Assembly (NCBI RefSeq): GCF_048593235.1
Contig: NC_133617.1
Span: 71,508,937-71,572,936 of the forward strand
Direction: 5' to 3'
Source of the DNA: Sminthopsis crassicaudata
Taxonomy: Eukaryota
DNA: 64,000 bases
Shown here: positions 37,731 through 54,900 of the stretch, one piece after another
How positions within the stretch are numbered: position 1 is the stretch's first letter
Layout of the letters: every line of letters starts with the position of its first letter
Notes under the pieces: model-generated
Seen by the model: the letters and a program-made list of their open reading frames with translations, nothing else
Told to the model about the DNA's origin: nothing
Databases searched by the model: none
Translations under genes and position numbers: made by a program

Positions 37731-38515
37731 AGGCGCTGCGGCCCGGAGGCGACCCTCGCCCAGTGGGAGCCCCCCCCAGCCAATGGAAGACCCCATCACC
37801 CCCCTCCCAGTCACGGAAAGTCCGGCGCCCTCCTCCCAGTCAATGGGAGTCCCACATCACTCCCTCTCAGCCAATGGGAGTCCCCACTTCTCCGCCTCCC
37901 TCCCCCTCGGCCGATGTAGGCCCCTCACCACAAATGCAGGCCCTCATCAGCCTCCCACCCACCCATCCAGCCGGGGGACCTACGCGAGGCCGGAGCCAGA
38001 AGTCACCCTCGAGCGCCCCTGCTCGCCAGCACACGCCCGATCCGGCGCTAGCCAGGAACAGGAAACGGAAGTAAGGAACAGCAGAAGTTCCGGCTTGCTG
38101 CCCAATCCCGAATGCCCGGAAGAGGGGCGGCATCGAGCACTCTGGCAGCCATGTTGAGAGTGGCGGAAATGAATCTCAAGCCCTAGCAGCCATCTTGGGT
38201 AGGACAGTAAGAGTCGGGGGAGAGGGGGAGGGGTCTCGCGCTTAATGGCGGCTGTAGGCGCCATCTTGATAGCGGAGCTGAAAAGGCAGAAATGAATGAA
38301 AAATCCCTCTGTCCTCTTCCCCTGGCATCACTGATAGTTCTGGCTCAATCTCCAAAGACTGGAGACCCGAGATCATTTGGCAGTCGGGCCCCGCCACCCT
38401 TCCCTCCCTCCTTCCTTCTTTCCCAGAATGCCCCGCCCAATTTTAAGGCTGATCCCACTTCCCGTCCCCGTGAAGCAGCATCAGCCAATGGGAACGATCG
38501 CGTGGGACGCGGCCG

Positions 38516-38566
38516 GTTTCCATGGTAGCGGCTGGCGGGAGAAGGGGGAGAGGGTTTCCTAGCAAC
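38516..38566. promoter_or_regulatory. Two RFX X-box motifs upstream of ODAD3
   Basis: GTTTCCATGGTAGC (38516-38529) and GTTTCCTAGCAAC (38554-38566) vs X-box consensus GTNRCC(N0-3)RGYAAC. Confidence 0.7.
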
Positions 38567-38965
38567 AGAGACAGATGCTGAGAGGCTCCATCTGGACGTA
38601 GTCTGGGTGGGAGTCCCAAGGACCCTCGAATCTGAGCCTCAGGCGCCAGCAGAGCTCCTTCCAGGAATGTCCAGGCGCTCGCTTTTCCCATAGTTTCCTC
38701 TTGTCCGGGGACAGCCCTTCCCCGAACCCTGGGAATAAGCCTTCAGAAACCCTCTCTTCTACCCGGAACTTCAACCTTTATTTCCCCTTCTCTCGCCTGG
38801 GCTTCTTCTCTGACTTCCCGGGACACGCTCCCCATTTTCTAAGTCCCACGCGCTTGGCCACAACCTGCTCCCCTCTACAGGCTAATTTCTGCCCCTCCCC
38901 CAGGGCAGGCTCCATCCTGCCCTTTATCCGGAGGCTAAGGAGGACTCCTTTGCCAAGGCTTAAGC

Positions 38966-43886
<4,921 letters not shown>

Positions 43887-44339
43887 ACGCCACATCCTCC
43901 TGGCCTGGTTGCTAGCGCCCCTCTAGGGGGGCAGTCGCAAACCCTAATCTGGGCCAGTTAAAGCATCTCATGGCCCTGCCCAGCCCCAGGTTCTTTCTGG
44001 AGGGCCCAAATGGTGGACTTGGCTCCTCTCCCCTTCTTCACGACCTAGCTAGATGATCTGGCTTCCCTCCTACCTAGGAATAAGCTTTAGCCTGCAGAGC
44101 TGGGCAAGAACGGTTTGGAGCCTTTTCCCACCCCTAAGGCCTGGGAGAGTAGCAATGTTCCTGTCCCTTGGGAGGCAGGCTCGGGGGCCTTGCTGGCCTG
44201 GCTTAGGAGAGGTGGGACCTAGTTCCTGACTGTTCCCACCATCAATCATAAATCTCCTAGGACTGGGAAGGTCTCAAAGGCCCTGTATTACACTCAGGGT
44301 TCACTGCCCGCCTCCCAGTGGTCATTTTTTAAATCAGGC

Positions 44340-44345
44340 AATAAA
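44340..44345 (+). terminator. ODAD3: Polyadenylation signal of ODAD3
   Basis: AATAAA 454 nt after the stop, followed by CTGTGTTCCTGTGTCT. Confidence 0.75.
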
Positions 44346-44849
44346 AGTTACAAAGGAGCCTGAGCTGTGTTCCTGTGTCTGCCTGTCAGGGGCCTCTGGT
44401 GCTGGGAGAAAGGGTCTCTGGCTCTGGTCCCAAAGGAAAGAGGGAGGGATGCAGAAGCACACAGTGTTAGCTGACATTTGTAAAGGATTGTAAGATTTAC
44501 CAAGAATTTTTCATATTATCCCATTTGATCCTCACAACAGCCATGTAGAATGTAGTTAAGCCCATTTTACAGATGAGGAAGCAGGCACAGAGATTGTGAC
44601 TTGCCCACAGTCACACAGATAAGTAGAGACAGATAACCAGGGATTTAGAGAAACTGAAATTGGCCAGGACTGCCTGAAAGGAGACCTTGGCCAAGACAGA
44701 AAGATTAAGTTTCAGGTCCTGGTGGGGGTGGGGAGAGGGGTGCTTTCCAGGTGTGTGGATTTGAAGGGCACCTTTCCTCCCACACATCCCCCCTCGCCCC
44801 CCACAAAGAGGCTCCTGGAAGTTTGGAAAGTACTTCCCGTTTTGGCCTG

Positions 44850-45970
44850 GGCCAGGTGGGCAGTGGCTGGGACTCCCCGCCTCCTGACCGGCCTCCTGTC
44901 CCGTGTGCCCATCATGGTTGTTGTGGAAATAGCCCGCCCAGCACCCACCTACCCTAGGCAGTCATCGGGGCGCACCCAACCCCGCCCCCCGCCCGCAGTT
45001 TTAAGCGCCTGATCCTGTGACCCCCATCCTGGCGTGCGGCTAGGCCCTCGTCCCAAAGCTCCCCCCAGCCCCCGCCCCCGCCCCTCCCCCGCCGTCCCCC
45101 CTCGCAGACCCCTCTCCCAACCCCGCCCCCGGCTGGAGCCAGAGCGCTCCGCTTCCGAGCTGCTCCGGCCACTCTTCCGTCTCAGTCCCGCCGCCGTCGG
45201 AGCCGGAGTCGGAGCGTGGCCAGCTGCAGGTGTCCGAGTCATGGAGCGGCCCTCGGGGAAGGAACTCGCCCTGGTAACGGGGACAAGGGGGCTGGCAGGA
45301 TGAGAACATCCAGAGGGTCAGGAAGCTGAGTCTGACCTCGGACTTCTTCAAGTCACCTGCAGACCCCAAATCTCCTCCCGATCCCCACAGGCGCCACTCC
45401 AGGAATGGGGCGAAGAGGAGGTGGACGGAGCCGTGTACAATGTCACCCTGCGGAGGCAACGCAGCCAGCGGCCTGGCCCGAGTCGGGGCCGAGGGAGGGG
45501 GCGGGGCCAGGTGAGGACCCCAGCTGCGAGTAGGGGGCCCGGCCCGGTGCAGAATCCCGCAGGGGGTAGGAGGTGGGGCCAGGTGAGGACCCGAGCAGGG
45601 GGCAAGGGGGTGGGGCCAGGTGAGGACCCGGGCAGGGGGCAGGGAGGTGGGGGTGGAGGCCTGTAGTGAAGGGGGAGTACGAGGCTTGAGTCTGGGAGCT
45701 AGGAATAGGAGCTAGGTGGGGCAGGACGGGATCCTAGGGGCTTTGGGGTGCTCACTGCCAGGGGCTGACTGAGGCTACCGCCTCAAGGCTCTGGATCCTG
45801 GGCGTTCCGAAGATTTCGTGCACTATCGCACCTGCAAAGTTCGGGCGCTGCGCGCAGCGCCCCTGGAGCGGCTGGTGCTGGAGTTGGTACGTGGGGATCA
45901 TGAACAGGACCCAGCCTTTGTGCCCGCCTTCCTGGCCACGCACCGTGCCTTCGTCCCCACCGACCTTGTA
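44850..45970. promoter_or_regulatory. RGL3: RGL3 CpG-island promoter (TATA-less, GC boxes)
   Basis: CCCCGCCCC repeats at about 44980, 45070 and 45121 upstream of the ATG at 45241; CpG-rich through exon 3. Confidence 0.7.
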
Positions 45971-48900
45971 CTGGGTCTCTTGTTGCCGCCGGCCCCAAGA
46001 CCCCAAGGGTTAGTGAGGTCCCCTTTCGCCCCCATCTCTGTAGCGCTCTGCCCATCCGTCAGGTTCTCTTGTCTCCTTTTGGAGTCTCCCTCCTGTACTT
46101 CCCCCCTCTTACTCTTGTCTTCTCGGGTCACTTCCCCCCTTCAGTAACTACCCTTTTCCCCAACTCCAATGACCCCTCAGTCACCCTTAAGATTGCTCCT
46201 GTTATCCTCTAGCATCAGTCTTTCCTGTTGGCCTTCCATCCACACACTTCCTTATCCTCCAATTAGTGAAACCTGTCTCCCTCTTACCCTGTCTCCCCCT
46301 TCCAGTTTCCATTTACTGATACTTTCTGGGGGGGGGGTGTTTCAGGGAAGGAGTGGAGGAACAAGGTCAAGGTCACTTGGATCTGAGCCAGGAGCAGGAG
46401 TCCAGGTTGGTGCCCATTTTCCCACCATCACCATGAGTCTTGGATGAGTCTCCCAAGTACTGAGGATGCAAGGCTGGGTTAGGGGTTTTGGGGGGTGAAA
46501 GGTAAGAGGTCAATGACTGGACTGGAGGTTGAGTTTGAGAAGTCCGGGATTCAGAGAATTAGTGGTTTGATTTTAAGGGTCCATCGCTAGATGATAAGAA
46601 GGGCCTCAGAGGTCTATCTGAGGCTAGACTTTGGCTACAGGGCTTTGGTGTCTGTGCTGGGCTCCTGGCTGCTGGATCACCCCCAGGACTTCAAAGATCC
46701 ACCTGCCCACTGCAACCTGGTCCGGGTTTGTGCCTTTCTGAGTTGGGCTGCACCGGGCGGGCCAGAAAGCCAAGCAGCTGAAAGGTTGCTGAAGCACTTC
46801 CAAGAGGAGGAAGAAGAGGAGGTGGCCAAGAAGCTCCAGGAGGAGGAAGCAGGGGCCAAGGAGGCCCCAGAGGTTCCAGAACCCTCCCACTATGGTACCT
46901 CCTCCCCATCCCAACCAATTTCTTTGCTTGTGGTGTGGCCATCCTAAGTGATTGGAAAAAGGGCATTGCCAGCTCACTCCAAATCCAATCTGCAAGGGGC
47001 AGGCAGGGAAGGAGGAAGGAGACTTTTTTTTTTTTTTTTTTTTTTCCCCAGGAGTGCCTTTGGGAGGAGTGAGCATAGTAGAAAGAACTGAGCCATATAA
47101 ATAACCTGGATTTCAGTGCCAACTTTGATACACCTTAGCTGTGTGACCTTAGCTAAGTCACCTTACCTCTCATGAACCTCAGCTTTCTCATCTGTAAAAT
47201 GGGGACAATGCCTCTTACTCCTTACCTCACCAGGTTATAGTGAGGAAAAGGCTTTGCTAAAAGTACTTAAGGAATTTTATATTACTATTACTAATATTAT
47301 TTGAAAGGTAAAGACTCCCTTTTCTAACCAGGCTGAAATCATAGATCCTATGATCCTCTATCCTCTATCCAAGGATAGAGCTAGAAGGGGCCTTTATGAT
47401 TATGCAGTTCAGTGCCTCCATTTTACAGATCTGATTCAGTGCAATAAATATATATTAATTTTTTTTTTTTTAGCTTAAAGCACTATACAGACAGAAGAAG
47501 AAAAAGTTGTTTCAGTTATGTGCGACTCTGTGATCCCATTTGAGGTTTTCTTAGGAAAGATGCCAGAAAGGTTTGCCTTTTTCTTCTCCAGTTCATTTTT
47601 ATAGATGAGGCAAACAGGGGTTAAATGAGTTGCCCAGCCTTACCCAGCTAGGAAGTGTCTGAGCTCAGGTCCTCTTGACTCTGGGATTGGCACTCCATCC
47701 ACTTAGCTACTCTATTTCCCAGGTAGGAAGTAGTAGAGCTAGGATGTGAGCTCTTCTGACTCCATGTCCAGTAGACTCTTTTTTTCTATGTATTTTGGGA
47801 CACAGACCTCCCTTCTAATCCCCTACTATCCCTCTTTCCTTTTCCCATGTCCCCCTTTCTCTTTGTCTCTTGGGGCTCACATCCATGTTAGAGACTGAAT
47901 TTCTTTGAAGGCCAGTTATGGCTAAAGGAAGGTTTCCTTCTCTTACCCTGTTCTCACACCACTTCTCCTAGTCTTCCCATGGCTGTAGGAGAACTTTGAG
48001 ACCAGAGATCACTTCTGACATGTCACCCCTCTCTAAAAGGGGGAAGGACCATTCTTGCCTCTTTTTTAACTCCTCTTATAGGGTCTCCAGGCCCAGAAAA
48101 CCCTCTGGAAGAAGAAGAAGAACATATAAAGAAGGGCCCAGAGCTACTGGATTTCAGTGTGGATGAGGTAGCTGAGCAACTGACCCTGATGGACATGGTA
48201 AGGGTAGCCTCCAGCTCCTCTTGATTCTGCTGCTTAGAATAAGGATGGGATCTAATATGCACCTTAGATTTGGGGAGAACAAATGTCAAAAGGTTCAGAA
48301 AAAAAGATGGGCTCTCATGGAATAAAAATTGACAGAGAAAACAGCCCAATATTAGTAAGAAATGGAATTCTGAAGACTCAAAGAAAAACCAGTGAAAAGT
48401 ATTGCCACTGAAAAGGAAAAGAGCATGTTTATAGAGACGGGTGTGAATGGATGCACAAGAAATTATTTGACCAATTGAGATATTAGAAAAATTTCAGAAA
48501 AGATAGGAAGATAGCTAGAGAACAGAAAGTGAATATAAAAGTCACTTAATAGTGTTGGAGTACAAAAAAATTCAGAATGAGCAACAGCTGGGACAAGTAT
48601 ACATTTGGATGGTTTTTTTTTTTCCTAACTACTCTGGGAAAAAGAAAAAAAAAAGAGAAAGGTATAGAACTATTACTTGAGAGGGAAGATAATGGATTCT
48701 CTGAAGAAGGGCAAAACTACTCAACTTTTCAGTTTTTCATAGCAAAGGGAATGATATTCAGACTATGGAACAGAAATAACTTGTAGAGATTTTAAAACCA
48801 AAACGAGTAGAATAAAGAGTATAATAGAACACCTAGTTGTCCTTTTAAGAGTCTATCACAATATCCTAAGATGATAATAGCATTTATATAACATTTTAAA

Positions 48901-51900
48901 GTTTGCTAAGTACTTCACAGATATAACATTTTATTTCCTCAACAACCCTGGAAGGCAAGTACCAATATTATCCCTGTTTTACAGCTGAGGCAGAGAGAAG
49001 TTAAATGGCTTGCCTACTGTCATACAATTTAGTAAAGTCTTCCTGACTCTGGGCCCAGTAATCTATCCACTGCACCAGGTAGCTTCCACCAGGATTACAA
49101 ATGATAGGATTACAGCTGGAGGGAGGACTTTAGAGGTCCGATGCCTTCATTTTAGAGATGAAAAAAGAAGCATAAGATAGGTTAAATGATATGCCCACTT
49201 ATTAAGGAGTTAGAAGCACAGAGAGAGGGGCAAGATTTGTACTCTGATTGTCCCACATCTGGATGCGATTCCAACAATCATTTTTTTGTTTGGCTTCTTG
49301 GAGGGAGGGGTTAAGGTTACATAGCTAAATTAGTGTCTGAGGCTGGATTTCAATTCAGGTCCTCCTGACTCTAGGTCCAGAGCTCTATCCACTGCATCCC
49401 CTAACTGGCCCAGAGTTATTATTTAAGCAGGGCACACTAAGGACCTGAAGGTTGTTCCATAAAAGATCAGTTAAAGGAATTAGGGAGATTTAGCCTGAAA
49501 AAGAGATTACAGGAAGAACATGTTACTGTCTTCTGGAATATAGTACAAAAAGTGCTAGATTTAAAGTCTTGGTTTCAAATTCCAGTTTGGTGGTCTCTGC
49601 AACCATAGGCAAGTCACAATCCCTCTAAGCCCCAGTTTCCTTATCTAGAAAGTGATGGGGGGGTGGGCTCTCTGCCCAATGAGTTCTCTTCTAGTATGAA
49701 GTTCTAGTCTTCAGAAGGATTCAAACCTATGATCATTGAAGTATTTGTCATGAGAAGGACAAGCTATATTCTACTTGATTCCAGAGGGCAAGTACTAAGA
49801 GCAATAGGTGGATGTGCAGAAGCAGATTTGACTTGCTGCCCTAACAATTGGAGCTGTCCCCAAGTGTAATGGGCTGCCTCAGGAGGAAGCGAGTTCCCTC
49901 TCATTGGAGGTCTTCAAAGGCTAGACAATTACTTGACCAATATATCATAGAGGGATTTAAGTATGATGTGGACTAGGTGACCCCTGAGGTATTTTCTGAC
50001 TAAGATCACCTGACCTTGGTTCCTTCCCCCAATCCTGTGGGACAGAAGGATGGTACACTCTGGACACGTTCCCCCTTACTCTCATGGGCAGGAACCTCTG
50101 TCTCCAACTCTCTGATCCTGCAGGATAGAATAAGGACACTTCCCTGGCCCTCTCCTCCTTAATCTGTACCTGCTATATAGGGCAAGAATGTTTACCTTCT
50201 TCATCCCCATGCTTGGACCTCATAGTTCTGAGGTCCCTTACCCCCTTACCCAGACTTAGAGCCCCAGGGGAGATTGGGGGTAATTTACGGTGAGGAGACC
50301 AACAATGCAGGGAGGTTGTATCTTATGCTTTTGTATCTTTCCCCACCTCTACCTCAACCTGTAGGAACTTTTTTCTCGAGTATGCCTTTGGGAGTGCCTG
50401 GGTTCTGTGTGGTCTCACAGGGATAAAGCTGGGGGCCGTGGGACTGCCCCCTCTGTTCGAGCCACTGTGGCCCAGTTCAATGCAGTAACCAGTTGTGTCC
50501 TGAGCTCTGTGCTGGCAGGACCAGGACTGTCCCCACCCCATCGGGCCCAACGCCTGGAGAAGTGGATTTTCATTGCTCAGGTGTGGGGCTAAAAATAGCC
50601 AGGGGGCCATGGGTGGGACTCCAAGGGTCTTCAGCATGGACTAACAGGATCTAACATTGCCTAATTTTTCTCACCCAGTACTGTAGGAAGCTGAGGAACT
50701 TTTCCTCCCTCAGGGCTATCCTTTCAGCACTGCAGTCCAACCCAATATACAGACTCAAGAGGAGCTGGGCGGCTGTGAGCCGGTGAGGGCTTGGCCAGGG
50801 AGGGCTGTGAGTGAGCCAGAGAGAGCGGGCAACCTCTTTCCTTCTTAACATAATCCAAGACTAGGCTGAGGAACGAGGACGGGGATAGATGGGATTGGGC
50901 AAGGACACTGGAAAACTGTTTCAGGGAATGTGGACCAGAGGAGGATAGAACTAAGAACACTGGGTTGCTAAGAGGAAGATTTAGGATTTGAGAAGTTTCC
51001 CTGCAATCCCAGCCATGCAAAAATACAATGAGCTACTCAAAGAGAAAAGGCCCTCCCAGATGTTGTAAACAGGTGGTAGCTAATGAAGATTACTTTGGAC
51101 ATCCCTTCTGAGAGGCTGTGGCTATAGAAACCGACCAGCAGAGACTTCATAAAGATGCTATCTCAATCTTGACCTTGCTCACTCTTTCTCTGTTCCCTAG
51201 GGAACCTCTGTCCATATACCGGAAACTCTCCAATATTTTCTCTGATGAGAACAATCACCTTAATAGCCGAGAGATTCTCTCCCAGGTACAGAAGGGCCTT
51301 GGACACTGGGGTTCCTGAGGTGGGACTACTCCAGCTGAAAGGGGAAGGGAGCTATCTAGAGGACAATGAGTATCATGGTCCCAGGTATTGCCAAGGTACC
51401 AAGTACTTTGTTACCAGCCTGGCACATATTAGGGGTTTAATAAATAAATAATAAATGTAGACGAGTCTGGAGGCATAGCTCAGGGCGGTAGACACATGCT
51501 TAGTTAGCAGTGCACTTAAGCAATATTTTTTGGGTGTGAATAGAAACACTTAAGTTAGAAGCAGGGATGAGGGTCTGGGAATTCTAGAAGGGATGCAAAG
51601 GCAGGCAGAAAACAATTGATACTTTCCCATTGTCCAGCACTGAAGTTCAGCCTTGGCCACTTTAGGACTCCTTAGTGGACAAGCCCTCAGGGTTCCTCGT
51701 GTTTCTCTCCCTTGCCTCATTTGGCCTTTTTAAAGAAAAGATCCTTGAAGTTTTCATCTGTCCTCAAATTTGTTGATTTTTCCACTAAACAGACCTTCTT
51801 CCTGCAGTACCCAACATTTTTTACCTTTGTGGCTAAACCTTCATTCCACAAAACGTAGGTTTTCTTCTCCTAGGGGCTCTAGTTTAATTGTTGAAAGTAG

Positions 51901-54900
51901 GGATTAGGATTCTATCTTTGGGATTCTTTCTTTACCCCCATTTCTATCCCAGGAAGAAGCCCCCTTATCTTCCCCTGAAGAGGAGACTGCTCCAGGAGTC
52001 CTTCCATTGGTAAGAGACTATATTGAACTTGAGGAGGGCTCTGAGAAGCTGGTTCTGGGAGAGGTGGGACTAGGACTTGGAGACATGATAGAACAGGTGG
52101 GATCAGGGTTGGGACAATATTGCCCAAGGGAATTGATTGAGCTTCTGATCCATTCCAGAAAGTGCCTCCTGGTCCTATCCCCTACCTGGGCACCTTCCTC
52201 ACTGACCTTGTCATGCTGGACACAGCTCTGCCTGACCTATTGGAGGTGAAAGCTTGACCCCTGCTCCCACTCCCCAATGCCAGTCTCCTTTCCTTTCACT
52301 GTCATCCTTGTTCCTGAAACCTTTCCAGAAGCCTAGAGCTCCCTTCCCTGCACCGTATCCCGAGTAGTAAGACCTTTGGCTTTGATGTACATTTAGGCAG
52401 TTCCACTTGGGTCTCAGATGGTTCCTGGGTAAATTTGAGGGGGTCTAGATGTCTCAAGTTCCTTCCAGCTCTGAGTCCTATGATCCCCATGTCCCTTGCT
52501 GTCTTGGGAACTCTGAGCTCAGTTCTGGGCTCAGTCTTGCTTCCCCTCCACTACCCCCAGGGAGATCTTATCAACTTTGAGAAACGTCGTAAGGTAAGAG
52601 GGCCTGGGCAGAAGGGGGGAAGAGGGGGACAGTGGAAGGAATGTCTGGGAGGTGGGGGAGGGGGAAGGAAGGCCCAGCAGAAAGAACCCCACCTCCCTTT
52701 TCCAAGGAGTGGGAGATCTTGTCCCGGATCCAGCATCTTCAGCGTCGCTGTGGGAGCTACAGCCTGCCATCGAGGCCGCCTGTTCTTGCCGCCTTCCGTG
52801 CCCAGCGTCCCCTCAGCGAGGAGCAGAGGTGACGTGTGTGATCCCCTGCTTCCTCCTCCTCCTTGGCTCCATGAGGAGACCACAACTGCCTGCAGCATCA
52901 CAATCTCCTGTGAATCAAGTCTGGACCCTGGGTCCCCCTAACCTACCTGCTTAACGAGCTCACACTATTATATTATTGTTATTAGGGCCCTTCTCTTTCC
53001 CCCCTCTGGCCTTGCTCCTTCCAGTTCTCCCCGCCTTTTCCTCCACCTTCCAAGTGGTGCATTTCTCCTTGCTGGGTTGTTGTGAGCTCTTTTAGAGCCA
53101 GCCCCGACTTATATCCATCTCACGGTGCCCAGAATACAAGGAGGCACTTCCGAAATGGTCCTTGTCTCTGGTGTCTAAGTCTGATTCTTCTGGGACAGGG
53201 AGTGTCCAGTCCTACTAAAGCAGAGCATCAGCATTTGCTCTGTAACTTTCAAATCTCGAGTTAGTTTTCCAAAAGCCAGATGTAAGACAGACTTCCCAGG
53301 GTTTCTGGGCAGGTTTGTTCTAAACACACTTCAGCTAAGCAAGTGCAAAGCCCTATCCTAGGCTCTCGGTAGTCTTAGATAAGGCAAGTTCCTTCCCTCA
53401 CAGAGCTCCCAGTCTTGTTCAGGGATAATACATAAATACAGACAAATATGGCTTATACTGGAGAGATGCAAGCACTGTACTACCGAGGTAGGAAGGAGAA
53501 GGTTATTTCTGATTGAGGAAGGACTTCCTGGAGAAGGAGGCGGCATTTGAGCTTAGCTTTAAAGGATGGGTGGGAATTTAACAGGAAAAAGTTAAGGGGA
53601 AGGTAAAGAAGGGGGGTACAGGGCATATGCGGTGCAGAGATTTCCTTACTTGGTTTGGAGGGTAGAGTGACCTTTAGACAGCAGGGAGACATTGAGGATT
53701 TGGAGCAGAAATAAGGGATGTCGATTGGATTGTTATAAAGGAATTAATGGACTAATTTTGAACCTCATTCTTATTGCCTGGCCCCATCTCTCTGACTCCC
53801 ATCTCTATTGATCCAGTCTGTGATTTGACTCTGGTCCCCCTTTTTCACTCCCATGTCCCCCAGTTACCGCCTGTCCCGGGTGATTGAGCCCCCCGCTGCC
53901 TCCTGTCCCAGCTCCCCCAGAATCCGGAGAAGGATAAGTCTCACTAAGAGGCTTAGTGCGTGAGTCAATTTTAATCTTAGGGTGGAAGTTATAGCAGGAA
54001 TGATTGGGGGAACATGGACTTCCCCTGAAGCTGTATCTGACGCCTCTCTCCCAACTCTTAGGAAGCTGTCTCGGGAAAGGGGCTCCTCTCCCAGCCACCA
54101 GTGCGGGGACCCTCCCTCTCCTGGCCCCAGGTAAGACAGATGGGGAGAGAATGAGGGTTTCAGGACAAGGTTAGGGTCAGGAGGTAAGGGAATAATAGCA
54201 CCTCTCATTTTTGTGTGTCTCCTAGTCTCTCTTCAGGTTCCTACCCACCAAGCCCTGGAGACGGGGACCCCCTGAGCCTGAGTCCTCCTCCATCCCCAGG
54301 GGCAACTGGTCTGGGCCACAAGGTGCATGACCTTATCTATATATGCAATATCATATCTGTGTGAAGAGGGGAAACTACTGCTGTAACTACTTGGACTGAG
54401 AGCTGGGAGACCTGCATTCTAACCCTAACCCTACAGCTGACCATATGATCTCGAGCAGATCATCTCCTGGAAAAGCACCCCCCCAACATCTGATGAGGGA
54501 GCGTGGGGGGTTGTACAGATGCACGTGTGATTGGACTGGACCCTGCTGATGGCTGCCCCTTCTCCCCCTGCCCAGGGCCCCCCGGAGCTGCCTCTGGGAA
54601 TGGAAGCCCCAGAGCTGCCGCCAGCCCCGGCCTCCCCTGGGAGCAGCGCTCGAGCTCCCCACCCAGGGCAGCAGACCCCAGATGCCTGTGTCATCAGAGT
54701 CAGCATCGACAACGATCCTGGGAACCTTTATCGGAGCATTTTGGTGAGGACAGAGCAAAGGGGGGAGCTGTGAGAGGCTGTCTTCCCACCCCATTTGTGT
54801 CCTCCCTCTCTCTGACCCGCAGCAGTGCTCCCTCCCTAGCACCTCCCCCACTTCTCTTTCTCATGAACTCTTTCCCCGCCCCCACCCCCAGCTCACTAGC

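Noticed and set aside
37690-37890. ER-stress element (CCAAT-N9-CCACG) expected for an ER glycoprotein-processing gene
   Set aside because: No CCAAT has CCACG at N9; the closest is CCAAT-N8-CCACT at 37871.
37980-38264. 94-aa minus-strand ORF starting at AAGATGGCG
   Set aside because: The start coincides with a YY1 motif in promoter DNA and the product resembles no family I recognise; at most a uORF.
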